From a virus (taxonomy: Duplodnaviria > Caudoviricetes), in the IMG/VR virus record IMGVR_UViG_3300046170_000042, positions 1-54,245 of that record: a stretch of 54,245 nt of DNA. One strand, written 5' to 3'. Position numbers and translations under genes: made by a program. Positions 27,899-38,067 of this stretch are shown piece after piece. A model generated the notes under the pieces. That model was not told where the DNA came from. It did not search any database and saw nothing but the letters and a program-made list of their open reading frames with translations. Within the stretch, counting starts at the first letter, position 1. Every line of letters starts with the position of its first letter.

Positions 27899-29806
27899 AT
27901 GGCTATGTTCAAAGCATTTAAACCTAGTGGCATGGAAAAGATAGCACGTTCAATGGGCTATCAAGGTAACATGCAAGGCTTCCAAGATTACATTTCACAA
28001 GACCCAATGCGTCAACAGCGTATGCAACAGTTTACTAATCAGGCTATGCAGATGGCACGTGGTGGTGTAGTCAAGATGCAAGAAGGTGGTACAACGGAGA
28101 CTACAACAGAACAACCTACAACAGAGACAACACAGCCTGAAGAACCGCCAAAGCCAACTATAGGTGACATAACAACGCAGAGAGCAACAACTCCGGGTGT
28201 ACCTGAAGGTGGTAAAACGGTAGCCGCAACAACACCTATATCCCAAGACCAAATGATAAAAACAGGAACGGGTACATTAGACCCAAGAGAGGGTATATCT
28301 ACAGCTATAGCAGGTGTTACAAAGGCTGATGATGTAAGTGCTACTGCGGCAAATACTATGGATGCAGAGACAAGTTCAGAAGAAGTTAGTACAGCACTTG
28401 ATGCAACACAAGCGGCACAGACAGACCCTAATGACCCACGTTCTAAGGTAATTGCCGCACAACAAACTAAATCATCTGTGGGAGATTTAGAGGCGGCACA
28501 AGGAACTGGCATATTAATTGACAACCCCGTACAGCGTGAGCTACAGGACGGTGAACTAATTACAGGTGTTGCAGATGCTGAAAGAGCATCTAAATTTACT
28601 GAGCAAATACAAGCGGCAGAAGCTACTCCATCACAGAAAGCAACTGTGCAAGGTCAGCTAGAAGGACTGATGCAAGACTTTGAGGGTGGACAGACACCAG
28701 CATGGGCGGCAGGTGCTATGCGTAGAGCTAATGATATACTAGCACAGCGCGGTTTAGGTGCATCTTCTATAGCAGGGCAAGCTGTAGTACAAGCGGCAAT
28801 GGAATCAGCATTACCTATAGCACAAGCTGATGCATCTACTGTGGCACAATTTGAAGCGCAGAACTTGTCTAACAGACAGCAACGTAATATGCTTGCGGCA
28901 CAACAACGTGCAGAGTTTATGGGTATGGAGTTTGACCAAGCATTTCAAGCGCGTGTACAAAATGCTGGACGCATAGCTGATGTAGCTAATATGAACTTTA
29001 CTGCTGAACAACAGATAGCATTAGAGAATAGTCGTATTGCTAATACAATGAACTTGCAAAATTTGTCTAATAAACAGGCAATGGTTATAGCAGAAGCAAG
29101 TGCATTATCAAATTTGGACTTGTCTAACCTGAACAACAGACAACAGGCATCTGTACAAAATGCTCAGAACTTTATGCAAATGGATTTAACTAACTTATCT
29201 AATAAACAACAAACAGAATTGTTTAAGGCACAACAAAGAGTACAGTCTTTGTTTACAGACCAAGCGGCAGAGAATGCGTCTAGGCAATTTAATGCTACAT
29301 CTCAAAATCAAGTAGACCAATTTTTTGCAAGCTTACAATCTCAGACCTCACAGTATAATGCATCACAAGCAAATGCACAGGCACAGTTTAATGCAGGTCA
29401 GGTTAATGCTGTAGAAAAATTTAATCAAGATATAGCAAATCAACGTGACCAATTTAATGCACAGAACCAGTTAGTGATAGCACAAAGCAATGCACAGTGG
29501 CGAAGAGAAATTGCTACAGCAGACACTGCTACAATTAATCGTACTAACGAATTAAATGCTAAAGCTATACTTGACATTAGTGATACTGCTTATAATAATC
29601 TGTGGAATTACTATGCAGATACTATGGAGTGGGCATGGACTAGTGCGGATAACGAAGAAGAAAGAATAAAAGATTTAGCTGTTGCAAAACTAAATGCCTC
29701 TACAGAAAAAGAAATGGTTGAGATGAGAAATGACCATGAGAATAGTGCTAGTACTGGTGGTTTCTTTTACGATGTAACTAAATTTTTATTAACAGGTAGT
29801 TTTTAG
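27899..29806 (+). CDS. Internal virion (ejection) protein, Gln/Ala/Asn-rich
   Basis: NLSN.QQ and QFNA repeats, long helical regions; MARGGVVKMQEGG. Confidence 0.75.
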   Translation: MAMFKAFKPSGMEKIARSMGYQGNMQGFQDYISQDPMRQQRMQQFTNQAMQMARGGVVKMQEGGTTETTTEQPTTETTQPEEPPKPTIGDITTQRATTPGVPEGGKTVAATTPISQDQMIKTGTGTLDPREGISTAIAGVTKADDVSATAANTMDAETSSEEVSTALDATQAAQTDPNDPRSKVIAAQQTKSSVGDLEAAQGTGILIDNPVQRELQDGELITGVADAERASKFTEQIQAAEATPSQKATVQGQLEGLMQDFEGGQTPAWAAGAMRRANDILAQRGLGASSIAGQAVVQAAMESALPIAQADASTVAQFEAQNLSNRQQRNMLAAQQRAEFMGMEFDQAFQARVQNAGRIADVANMNFTAEQQIALENSRIANTMNLQNLSNKQAMVIAEASALSNLDLSNLNNRQQASVQNAQNFMQMDLTNLSNKQQTELFKAQQRVQSLFTDQAAENASRQFNATSQNQVDQFFASLQSQTSQYNASQANAQAQFNAGQVNAVEKFNQDIANQRDQFNAQNQLVIAQSNAQWRREIATADTATINRTNELNAKAILDISDTAYNNLWNYYADTMEWAWTSADNEEERIKDLAVAKLNASTEKEMVEMRNDHENSASTGGFFYDVTKFLLTGSF

Positions 29807-29815
29807 GAAAGTAAA

Positions 29816-29998
29816 ATGAATGTATTAAAAGCTTCTATAGCAAACACATATAGTGAAATTCAAAGAATGGGTTCACAAAAAACTAAGCAACCTAAAGTGA
29901 ATAGCTTTATGGCAAAACCCATGAAAGAAAAAGAACCTGAAGTAAATGATTCAGTTCGTTTAACACTAGCTGTAAGAGAGGCATTTGGAAATGATTAA
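29816..29998 (+). CDS. Hypothetical protein
   Basis: 60-aa ORF within the ejection-protein operon. Confidence 0.55.
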   Translation: MNVLKASIANTYSEIQRMGSQKTKQPKVNSFMAKPMKEKEPEVNDSVRLTLAVREAFGND

Positions 29999-30494
29999 TG
30001 ATAAACCTGCACAACCACTTTTAGATGCGCCTATTGCAGGTCAGGCACTGACCGCAGGTTTAGGTGATAGACCTTGGCAACAACCAGCAAGATACTCTAC
30101 ACCAGATGAGGCATTGACATACTATGTACAAAGACTAACGCAACCTGAATTAGCTAATAAACTTTTTGATATACTAGAGTTAGGTGTGCCAGTAAATGAA
30201 GTAGTAGATGGTCTTCAGCTAACAAGCGTAATGGAAGGTATACATAGTATTGATGTAGGTGTTATAGTAGCTCCTGCTCTGGCAGAGACAATAACTCAAC
30301 TTGCTAAATCAGCAGGAGTTGAGTATGTTGGTATGGGTACACCTCAAAATAAAGATAGGCTTAGTGAATCAGAGGTAGCATTAGCTCTAAAAAAATCAAG
30401 AGATGAACTACCTGAAGTTGATAAGTTAGTTGAGGAAACAATGCAATTGCCTGAAGAAGAAGCACCATCAGGCTTAATGTCAAGGAGAGTGTAA
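29991..30494 (+). CDS. Putative internal virion protein
   Basis: DAPIAGQALT...PWQQP motif; ends in GLMSRRV. Confidence 0.7.
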   Translation: MINDKPAQPLLDAPIAGQALTAGLGDRPWQQPARYSTPDEALTYYVQRLTQPELANKLFDILELGVPVNEVVDGLQLTSVMEGIHSIDVGVIVAPALAETITQLAKSAGVEYVGMGTPQNKDRLSESEVALALKKSRDELPEVDKLVEETMQLPEEEAPSGLMSRRV

Positions 30495-31606
30495 TGAAAA
30501 TAGGTTCATTTGCAGGTGGTTTTTTTGCACGTGGTAGGCAAGATATTGAAGATATAAGAGAATCAAATAGAGAGATGGTAAACTTTACTGTTCAAACATG
30601 GGTACAAAATGGTTTATCAGAAAGCAAATCTCGTAAAGAAAAACGAAGAGAGACTGATTCCCTAGTAAAAAAATTAAAATCAGAATTTACTCCTGACCAA
30701 GTAGGTGTCATCTTAAAACAAGGCGATGGTGACAAGATGGTAAACCACCTAGATACTTTGAAAGGGCAAGGCTCACCTGTTAATGCTAAAGAAATTGTAA
30801 CTTTTGCTGATGGTTATGAAGAGTCAGGTTTAACTTACTCAGATATAGTTGATAGGTATATGGGTAAAGTTAATAGTGGTGTAGATAGTTCAACAGCATT
30901 AGCAGAAGCAACAGGTAGTAGCAGATTTATGAAGAAAAGAATACAAGCATTTGAAAATGCTTTTGGTGTTCCTATGTCTCAGCTACGTGCATTAGCTCAA
31001 CAAGATATTACGTATGACGACATGCCAACTACAGGAAATATTAATATGACAAACCCTGTAGCAGTAGCACAGGCTAGAGATGTAATATCAGGTAGAGGAA
31101 CAACTCAGGGTATTAAAAATGACCTCGTAGATTTTTCTATTAAACTTCATGGTGGTTCTTCTACTAGAGTATATGACCCTGCAACTGGTACTATGGAATA
31201 TAGAACTGAAGGTATCAAGCGCAGTGATGAACTAATTGCAACGCAATTTGCTGCTCAAGCAGGTATAGAATATGATAATTTTAAAAGAATACAACAAATG
31301 ACACCTGACCAAGCATATCTTGAAACTCTAAATTGGATGAGAAAGAACGCTCCAGATTTACCAAGTACCCCTAAAATTACACAACAACCTACGGGCGGTT
31401 CTACACAACAACCTACGGGTGGTTCTACACAATCTACAATGACACAAGCTCAAATCTTAGCACCTTTAACCTCTTCATCCTTTCGACAATTAAGAAATAA
31501 AAAAGACAAACAACAACAGGTAGATATGGTTAGGAACAATTTAGTAACTATGCTTAATATAACTGTAGCCGAAGCAGATAAATTAGTAGAACCTTATAGG
31601 AAATAG
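30494..31606 (+). CDS. Putative internal virion protein
   Basis: 370 aa, GSFAGGF N-terminus, coupled. Confidence 0.65.
   Translation: MKIGSFAGGFFARGRQDIEDIRESNREMVNFTVQTWVQNGLSESKSRKEKRRETDSLVKKLKSEFTPDQVGVILKQGDGDKMVNHLDTLKGQGSPVNAKEIVTFADGYEESGLTYSDIVDRYMGKVNSGVDSSTALAEATGSSRFMKKRIQAFENAFGVPMSQLRALAQQDITYDDMPTTGNINMTNPVAVAQARDVISGRGTTQGIKNDLVDFSIKLHGGSSTRVYDPATGTMEYRTEGIKRSDELIATQFAAQAGIEYDNFKRIQQMTPDQAYLETLNWMRKNAPDLPSTPKITQQPTGGSTQQPTGGSTQSTMTQAQILAPLTSSSFRQLRNKKDKQQQVDMVRNNLVTMLNITVAEADKLVEPYRK
31379..31432 (+). repeat. 24-bp tandem repeat x2.2 (TQQPTGGS)
   Basis: ACACAACAACCTACGGG(C/T)GGTTCT repeated. Confidence 0.9.
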
Positions 31607-31607
31607 T

Positions 31608-34600
31608 ATGTCTTTAAAACCATATAACTTTAAAGAAGAATTAACTGAAAAAGATTTAGTTAACGACTTAGACTTTCTAAGTGATGCTTCTATGTTCTTG
31701 CACGAGCGTCAGGGTTTAGATGAAGTATTAAGTGGGCAAGAAACATATGAAAAATTTATGGAGCATATGCGCTTCCAAGATGTTAATGAGATAACAGCTT
31801 TACGTGATTTAGAGTATGCTCAGAACTCAGAGCTATCTGGCAAACATAGATTTGGTAGACTGATAGATGCGTACGATAAAGTAAATGAAGATGTATCAGG
31901 ACGCATGATGTGGGATTATGCATCAGGAGTTTTGCAAGCTCCCTCTACTTATATAGGTTTAGCTACAGGTGGTGTAGGTAAAGCATCCGCTTTGGCAGGT
32001 ACACAAGTTGCAAAGCTAGGTGTTAGAAAAATTTTATCAGAAGGGTTAAAGTCATCGGCACAAGCGGCAGTAGCTGAAGGAGCTATAGGTGCTGTGCAAG
32101 GTGGCTTGCAAGAACTTACTCGTGTCGAGACAGGAGTGCAGGAAGAGTTTACAGGTGGCAGAACAGCAATGACAGGTCTATCATCTGCCGCTGTTGCTGG
32201 TCTTATAAATTTTCCAATAGGCGTGGTTCAAGCAAAACAAGCTAGTAAGTCAAATGAATTGTATGAACAAGGACAATTATCGTCAGCAAGAAAAGCTAAT
32301 GAAGCAAGTAAAGTAAGTAAAGAAGTATTAGCAAATGCTGATGAAGCTACTAAAAATAAAATAAAATTAACACTAGATGAACTAGACCCTACTAAAGTAA
32401 AAATAGGAAGAATGTTAAAACAAAATTTAGCTAAAGGTGAGACAATGACATCTGCTTTAGGGTCAGAAGTTGTTGAAAATATTTCAGCCGCAGCTATAAG
32501 AGTAAAAGATAAATTAAATATAGGTGATACAGAAAGAGTTACATCTGCCGTTGCAAGGTTAATATCTGAAGATAAATTTGTAGAATTACAGGATGTTCGT
32601 AAAATACTAGATGAACATAATTTAACACCAGACCAATTTTCTTTGGTATATATGGCAGAAATTTCAGAAGCAGGTAGAACACTGGGTTCTCAAAGTAGAA
32701 TAGCTAAAGCACTAAGACCTAGAACAATAGTAGATGATTTAATAAACGATGTTGATAATTTAGAAAAAGCAGGACAGAGTGGTTTTAGTGCAGGAGATGC
32801 TATTAGTTTAAGTAAAGGTAAAAGGGTTCTAAGAGATTTAGATACATTTAGATTAGGTATGATGACTATACAACCAGCAACCACAATGCGAAACAATCTT
32901 AATGGTGGTATGCGAATGGCTGTTGATGCCGCAACCAGAACTATGGATAATATTTTAAATCTTAGAAATCCTTTAGATGGAACATTTGATGTTTACAAAT
33001 ATGCTTTTAATCCGTATGAAGCGAGTGCTATGCGTAAGTTATTTACTGAAGCTATGCCTGTTGAAGCGTCACAATTATTTAGACAAGCGGCAGACATAGC
33101 AGGTAAGACATCACAAGAAGGTGCGTTAGCAAGGATAGGAAGAAAAGCAAATTTTCTTAATACAGCGTCTGATAACTTTTTTAAACGTGCAGTATTATCT
33201 GCCTCATTAAAAAGAAGATTATCAGATGAAGGTAAAGATTTATACAAGATAATAGAAAACGCAGAATGGAATACAATACCCGATGACATTTTAAAAAATT
33301 CAATAAAAGATGCATACGAATTTACATATCAAAGTTCTATTGAAGGCTCTGGTATTTTTAGTCGTATCGGTAAAGGTGTGATGAATCTGCATAGAGATAT
33401 GCCATTTCTCGTATCTTCATTTATTCCTTTTCCTAGATATATAGCAAATCAATTAAAGTTTCAGTTTGAGTATGCTCCATTAATCGGTATGTTACCTGTA
33501 GGTGGTATCAAAGGACAGTATACTAAAAAAAGATTAGCTAAACAATTAGTAGGAGCAGGTATGTTTGCTGCCGCATACCAATGGAGAGACTTACAAGGCG
33601 ATACTGCAAATTGGTATGATATTAAAACTAATGATGGCAACATTATAGATGGACGTGCAGTGTATGGTCCTTTCGGTCTTTTTATGTTAGCGGCAGATTT
33701 ATATTATAGACACCAAAGAGGAACAATGCCTACTAGTATTGATGACTATGTTAAGTCTGGTCTACAAGCAACTATAGGCTCTACCTTTAGAGTAGGTCTA
33801 GGCTTATATGCATTGGATAAATTTTATCAAGATGCTAGAGATGGTAAGTTTCAAAAGATAGGTGGAGAATTAGCAGGAAATATAATTAATACTTTTAGTA
33901 TACCTCTTTCAGTAATAAAAGATTTTGAAGGTCAAGTAAGTCCTGAACTAAGAGAGATTCCTGAAACTAGTCCTGCGGTTGTAGGTAGAAGTGGTGAGGT
34001 TAACTTTTTAGATTACATGTTATTGCGAGGGGGTAGGTCACTTCCAGATTTTGCCCAAGAAAGAGTTATGCCTTTCTTTGGACAAGAACAATTTGCCGCT
34101 AATGTAGCTGCAAGGTCGCCTTTCCAAACAGGAAAGTTAATGTCTATTCACCCTATAGAGAAACAACTATTTGGATTTAATATGCGTCCAAAGAAAAATT
34201 CATTACAAGAAGAGATGTCAAAACTTAATGTAACACCTTTTCAAATTTACAAACGTGACTCCAATCCAACAGTAGACTTTTATATGCGTCAAGAATTGTC
34301 AAGAGAAGGAAGTGAATTAAATTTAAATGAAGGGATGGAACGCTTTATACAAAGTGAAGATTATACAGGCTTACAGTCTGTACCCGAAAAAAGAAATGCT
34401 TTAATTGACCACGCTAGAAACCAGTATATAAATACAGCAAAAGCTACTACTATAGAAAGAATAGCTAATGAAGATGCTATCTCAGGAAGAAGTTATAACG
34501 AAGTAGATTTTATAATCTATTCAAAACTACCAGCTAGAAAAAAAGAAGCTCTTAATGAACAATATAAGAGAGAGTTTGGTGGTAGAAGTATAAGTCAAGA

Positions 34601-34679
34601 TAAAGACTTATATATAATAGAAGATGGTGCATACATAAATGTAATGACGTGGGCGGCTGGAAGAGCTAGGGGGAACTGA
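31608..34679 (+). CDS. Large internal virion (ejectosome) protein
   Basis: 1023 aa, helical; Gly/Ala-rich membrane-like segment; FIPFPRY motif. Confidence 0.75.
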   Translation: MSLKPYNFKEELTEKDLVNDLDFLSDASMFLHERQGLDEVLSGQETYEKFMEHMRFQDVNEITALRDLEYAQNSELSGKHRFGRLIDAYDKVNEDVSGRMMWDYASGVLQAPSTYIGLATGGVGKASALAGTQVAKLGVRKILSEGLKSSAQAAVAEGAIGAVQGGLQELTRVETGVQEEFTGGRTAMTGLSSAAVAGLINFPIGVVQAKQASKSNELYEQGQLSSARKANEASKVSKEVLANADEATKNKIKLTLDELDPTKVKIGRMLKQNLAKGETMTSALGSEVVENISAAAIRVKDKLNIGDTERVTSAVARLISEDKFVELQDVRKILDEHNLTPDQFSLVYMAEISEAGRTLGSQSRIAKALRPRTIVDDLINDVDNLEKAGQSGFSAGDAISLSKGKRVLRDLDTFRLGMMTIQPATTMRNNLNGGMRMAVDAATRTMDNILNLRNPLDGTFDVYKYAFNPYEASAMRKLFTEAMPVEASQLFRQAADIAGKTSQEGALARIGRKANFLNTASDNFFKRAVLSASLKRRLSDEGKDLYKIIENAEWNTIPDDILKNSIKDAYEFTYQSSIEGSGIFSRIGKGVMNLHRDMPFLVSSFIPFPRYIANQLKFQFEYAPLIGMLPVGGIKGQYTKKRLAKQLVGAGMFAAAYQWRDLQGDTANWYDIKTNDGNIIDGRAVYGPFGLFMLAADLYYRHQRGTMPTSIDDYVKSGLQATIGSTFRVGLGLYALDKFYQDARDGKFQKIGGELAGNIINTFSIPLSVIKDFEGQVSPELREIPETSPAVVGRSGEVNFLDYMLLRGGRSLPDFAQERVMPFFGQEQFAANVAARSPFQTGKLMSIHPIEKQLFGFNMRPKKNSLQEEMSKLNVTPFQIYKRDSNPTVDFYMRQELSREGSELNLNEGMERFIQSEDYTGLQSVPEKRNALIDHARNQYINTAKATTIERIANEDAISGRSYNEVDFIIYSKLPARKKEALNEQYKREFGGRSISQDKDLYIIEDGAYINVMTWAAGRARGN

Positions 34680-34682
34680 TAG

Positions 34683-37001
34683 ATGGTATCATTTAGAGAA
34701 ATGATGGAGTCAGAAAATCTTGCTAACGCAGACATAGAAACTGCAGTACGGGAAATAACTCCTCAAGAGTTGCAGTTACTATCTGAACCCCCAGAAATAT
34801 CCTACACAGGTGAGCAACAAGAAAAACGTGAAGCACTAGCAAGAGGCATGGCACGTGCTACTGCGGATATGACTCCGTTTCTAGGCACATCTATTGCCGC
34901 TGCAGAATTACCTGAAGACATAGAGACTGTTAAAGGTCTAGTGTCACAAGGGTATGAAGAAAAAGATATTGTTAAGATGGGATTAGGTAGTGCATATGGT
35001 GCGCTTATCGCTTTAGGTTTTATACCAGCGGCAAAAATTGCTACCGATATAGGCAAAGGTGCAATTAAAAGTAGCGTAGCAAAACAAACTAAAGAAGCCT
35101 TCCAAACACCAACACGTGTTGAACAAATAGAAATGTCTAAGAAATTGTTTCCTAGTTCAAAACAATCACGTGAAAGAAGGCAATATTTAAAACAAGTAAA
35201 TCGTCCTACTCCTGTTGTATATCATGGTGCGCCTGAGTTAGGAGTAAGAAAAATACCTAAAGATGCTATTTACATTGATGAAAATTTGTATGGTATGTCA
35301 ACCTATGCAGGTGAAAAGAATAACAGACAGATACGTGAATCTTTAGATGAAAATGTAACCAATGTGAATAGAAATTTTATCAACTCAAGTCATAAAATGA
35401 GTAAGTATCTATCGTATTCTGATGGCACAAAAACTAGTATGAAGTATATAGGTATTAAAGATTTTAATGGCTTGCAAGACGGCACGAAAATTTTATACTC
35501 CGTACCACGTATACCGCGTATGTTATATACTTCCTATGATGAAAAATATAATCAAATAGAACAAAGAGGTTTTTATTTAGGTGACTTTGTGCTTGACCCA
35601 GATTCTCCAAATAGAAACGGGGGTTATATTCCTGTCTATGATGATGAAAGCGGTAAGCAAGTTGGTAGAATGCTTGCTACAGAAGAATTTAAAGACTCTG
35701 TTAGTGTAGTTCAATTTACAAAATTTTTAAATGACAAAGGAGATGAAGCGCAAGAACTTAGTCAACAACAAAATATGACCGTACACGAAGCAGGAACTTC
35801 AAGAGCAGATAAATTAGTTAGTGATGGTTTTGATGTATATGGTGACTACGCTGGAAGATATTCTCCACAATCACTAGCAGGTAAAAATATATTTACTACA
35901 GCAAAAGGGTTACAGGGTGACAGTGTAGGAATACATATGGAGTTAGGAAATAAGGCTCTATCAACTTCTCGTGACTCACTTGTTTCTATCAAAGGTGGAT
36001 TCGGTGGATTTAAAACATCCAATGTAGTTTTTATGGAATTGCCTAGTGCAAGAACACTAAATATGTCACGGAAAAACTATGATAATTACAATGCTGGGTT
36101 TGGTAATATGATGGAAGATAAAGTATTTGATGATACAGAAGGTAAGTTAGTAGGGTATAATCTTCCTAAATCTTCTCACTTAGAAGCTGAAACTGCTGTA
36201 CTAAGACCTGATGAGTTACGTGTAAGAAAGCTTGACCCAGATAATAAGTATCCTAGTGAAGAAGATTTAGATTTAAGAGACAGTAAAGAAATCGAAGACC
36301 TTATGGAAGAATACGGTGTGCCTAAAGCTACAGATAAATTCCCTGCTACAGGGCAATTATCCAGAGTAGACAGAGTGGTTCAAGGTCAGCAACTAGCAAA
36401 TAAATTAGTACGAGATGCAGACAATATACGAACAAATATTTTACCTGACATGGTTTACTTTAACACTAAAACTTCTTTAGAAGCTTACGATAAATTAAAA
36501 AATTATTTTAATCAATTGCAAATGTTAGGTAAGTACACAGAACAATATGCTGCAAGAGGTACATTCGATTCTCTGCTAACAAAACAAAATTTTAATATTG
36601 AATCTATGAACACACTTGCTATGGCTTTAGCTAAGAGTGGAGCAAAACAAAAAGCAAGAAATGTTGTGGTGTTAAAAGAAATATTAAAAGAAATAAAATT
36701 GAATACACCAAAACAATCAGTGTATCCTATGACGGATATTACACCCAGTGCTTCTATAGTAGAGACAAGTAGTCTTAGAAATATTCCTAAGTCTTTAATA
36801 AAGAAAGCCTTGTTTGAAGATAGTAGCTTGAATGACTTTAGTAAGGATGAAATAAATATGTTAAGAACAGCAGGTATAAATTTAGTAGACAAACAAAATC
36901 CACTTGACGGTGGTCTTATGCAATATAAAGGATTAAAACAATTGCTGTTTATGTCAGCCGACACATTTAAAAAAGGTGGGTTAGTAAAAAGGGGCAATTA
37001 A
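34683..37001 (+). CDS. Putative ejected protein with possible ADP-ribosyltransferase-like motifs
   Basis: Pre-toxin-like DMTPFLG...LGFIP segment; YHG, LSTS, EAE in order; C-terminal FKKGGLV. Confidence 0.6.
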   Translation: MVSFREMMESENLANADIETAVREITPQELQLLSEPPEISYTGEQQEKREALARGMARATADMTPFLGTSIAAAELPEDIETVKGLVSQGYEEKDIVKMGLGSAYGALIALGFIPAAKIATDIGKGAIKSSVAKQTKEAFQTPTRVEQIEMSKKLFPSSKQSRERRQYLKQVNRPTPVVYHGAPELGVRKIPKDAIYIDENLYGMSTYAGEKNNRQIRESLDENVTNVNRNFINSSHKMSKYLSYSDGTKTSMKYIGIKDFNGLQDGTKILYSVPRIPRMLYTSYDEKYNQIEQRGFYLGDFVLDPDSPNRNGGYIPVYDDESGKQVGRMLATEEFKDSVSVVQFTKFLNDKGDEAQELSQQQNMTVHEAGTSRADKLVSDGFDVYGDYAGRYSPQSLAGKNIFTTAKGLQGDSVGIHMELGNKALSTSRDSLVSIKGGFGGFKTSNVVFMELPSARTLNMSRKNYDNYNAGFGNMMEDKVFDDTEGKLVGYNLPKSSHLEAETAVLRPDELRVRKLDPDNKYPSEEDLDLRDSKEIEDLMEEYGVPKATDKFPATGQLSRVDRVVQGQQLANKLVRDADNIRTNILPDMVYFNTKTSLEAYDKLKNYFNQLQMLGKYTEQYAARGTFDSLLTKQNFNIESMNTLAMALAKSGAKQKARNVVVLKEILKEIKLNTPKQSVYPMTDITPSASIVETSSLRNIPKSLIKKALFEDSSLNDFSKDEINMLRTAGINLVDKQNPLDGGLMQYKGLKQLLFMSADTFKKGGLVKRGN

Positions 37002-37016
37002 GCCCCTTCTTTTTTC
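36986..37016. terminator. Bidirectional rho-independent terminator between the two arms
   Basis: AAAAA-GGGGC-AATTAA-GCCCC-TTCTTTTTT at the convergence point. Confidence 0.85.
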
Positions 37017-37017
37017 T

Positions 37018-37419
37018 CTACCTATTATCCCCATCACCGTGAATAGCATTGCGTTGTTTCCTATCCTCTAGCTTATCTAAGTTCTGAGTAGCAATAACGG
37101 ATAAAGGTACGTCCAAGTCTTGTGCAAGTGTGGCACAGTACCATAACACATCCCCTATCTCAAAGGCTATGTCTATCTTCTTCTGTTCATAGTCTTCTTG
37201 ATTGTAGCCATCACGTATTAACTTCTTAACCTTGTTGGCTATCTCACCTGCCTCACCTGCTAATCCAAGAGCAGGATAAGTTATCCTGTATGATTCAGGA
37301 TAGATTGCATATGACTTTGCTTTCTTTTGATATTCATTTAATTGCATGTTAGGATATTTCTCCTCTTGCCATTTAGCCATTTCATATTCAAGCCACGTTA
37401 GTTTGGTTTTCGTATTCAT
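37018..37419 (-). CDS. mazG: MazG-like nucleotide pyrophosphohydrolase (start uncertain)
   Basis: LGLAGEAGEIANKVKK...EIGDVLWY...NLDKL..R...GDGDNR. Confidence 0.9.
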   Translation of the reverse strand: MNTKTKLTWLEYEMAKWQEEKYPNMQLNEYQKKAKSYAIYPESYRITYPALGLAGEAGEIANKVKKLIRDGYNQEDYEQKKIDIAFEIGDVLWYCATLAQDLDVPLSVIATQNLDKLEDRKQRNAIHGDGDNR

Positions 37420-37885
37420 TGAATAACTCTCTTGTAGTATCTTTTGATATTTTAAACCATTCACCTTTTCTTTCTTTAGCATATTGGCTAAATAATTTGT
37501 GCATAAACTGTTCAGCCTCATGCCTGTTAGTTACTTTCATTGCTATAAAAACTTCATAGTCTCTAAAAGGTGAGGATGTTTGATAGTTATTTAATCTATC
37601 CTCAGAATCCACAGCTTTACCAATTTTAATCCAACCTTTCCACGCTTTGTTTGTTATAGCATATACCTCTCCTTCATTAACTGTTTCAATCTTATTGTGT
37701 GACCAAGCGTCATCAAGAGATTTATATCTTCCGGGTTTATGCAATGGGTGAGATTTAGAAATCTCTTTCCCATTAACATACATTCTTTTTTCATCTCTCT
37801 TTTTTACTGCTTCGGGATTATCTTTATAGTACATAGGTTTTCCTGTATAAGGGTTTGCTTCGTACCGTAAATTATTTTCTTCCAA
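37388..37885 (-). CDS. GIY-YIG / T5orf172-domain nuclease-like protein
   Basis: VYAI...WIKIGKA...RL..YQTSSP...E..MH...GEWF; TTG start after AAGGAG. Confidence 0.8.
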   Translation of the reverse strand: MEENNLRYEANPYTGKPMYYKDNPEAVKKRDEKRMYVNGKEISKSHPLHKPGRYKSLDDAWSHNKIETVNEGEVYAITNKAWKGWIKIGKAVDSEDRLNNYQTSSPFRDYEVFIAMKVTNRHEAEQFMHKLFSQYAKERKGEWFKISKDTTRELFNEYENQTNVA

Positions 37886-37896
37886 TTTTTTCTCCT

Positions 37897-38067
37897 TTAA
37901 AACCATCCTAGCTTGACCCCATTATGTATAATAATAAAAAAGCAAGCAACCAGATGAGTGAGTACCCAAAAGGTACGTAGCATAGCGGCAATATCGCTTT
38001 CACTTTCATCATCTGATATCTTGCTCCCAATTGTTTTTGCCCATACTCGCCATGCTTTACTTCTCAT
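37897..38067 (-). CDS. 56-aa membrane protein (absent from the ORF track)
   Basis: MRSKAWRVWAKTIGSKISDDESESDIAAMLRTFWVLTHLVACFFIIIHNGVKLGWF*. Confidence 0.7.
   Translation of the reverse strand: MRSKAWRVWAKTIGSKISDDESESDIAAMLRTFWVLTHLVACFFIIIHNGVKLGWF

Noticed and set aside
15800-37000. Possible GCWGC avoidance (frequent GCGGCA and GCCGCA for Ala-Ala)
   Set aside because: Several GCAGC and GCTGC sites are present; cannot be established without counting
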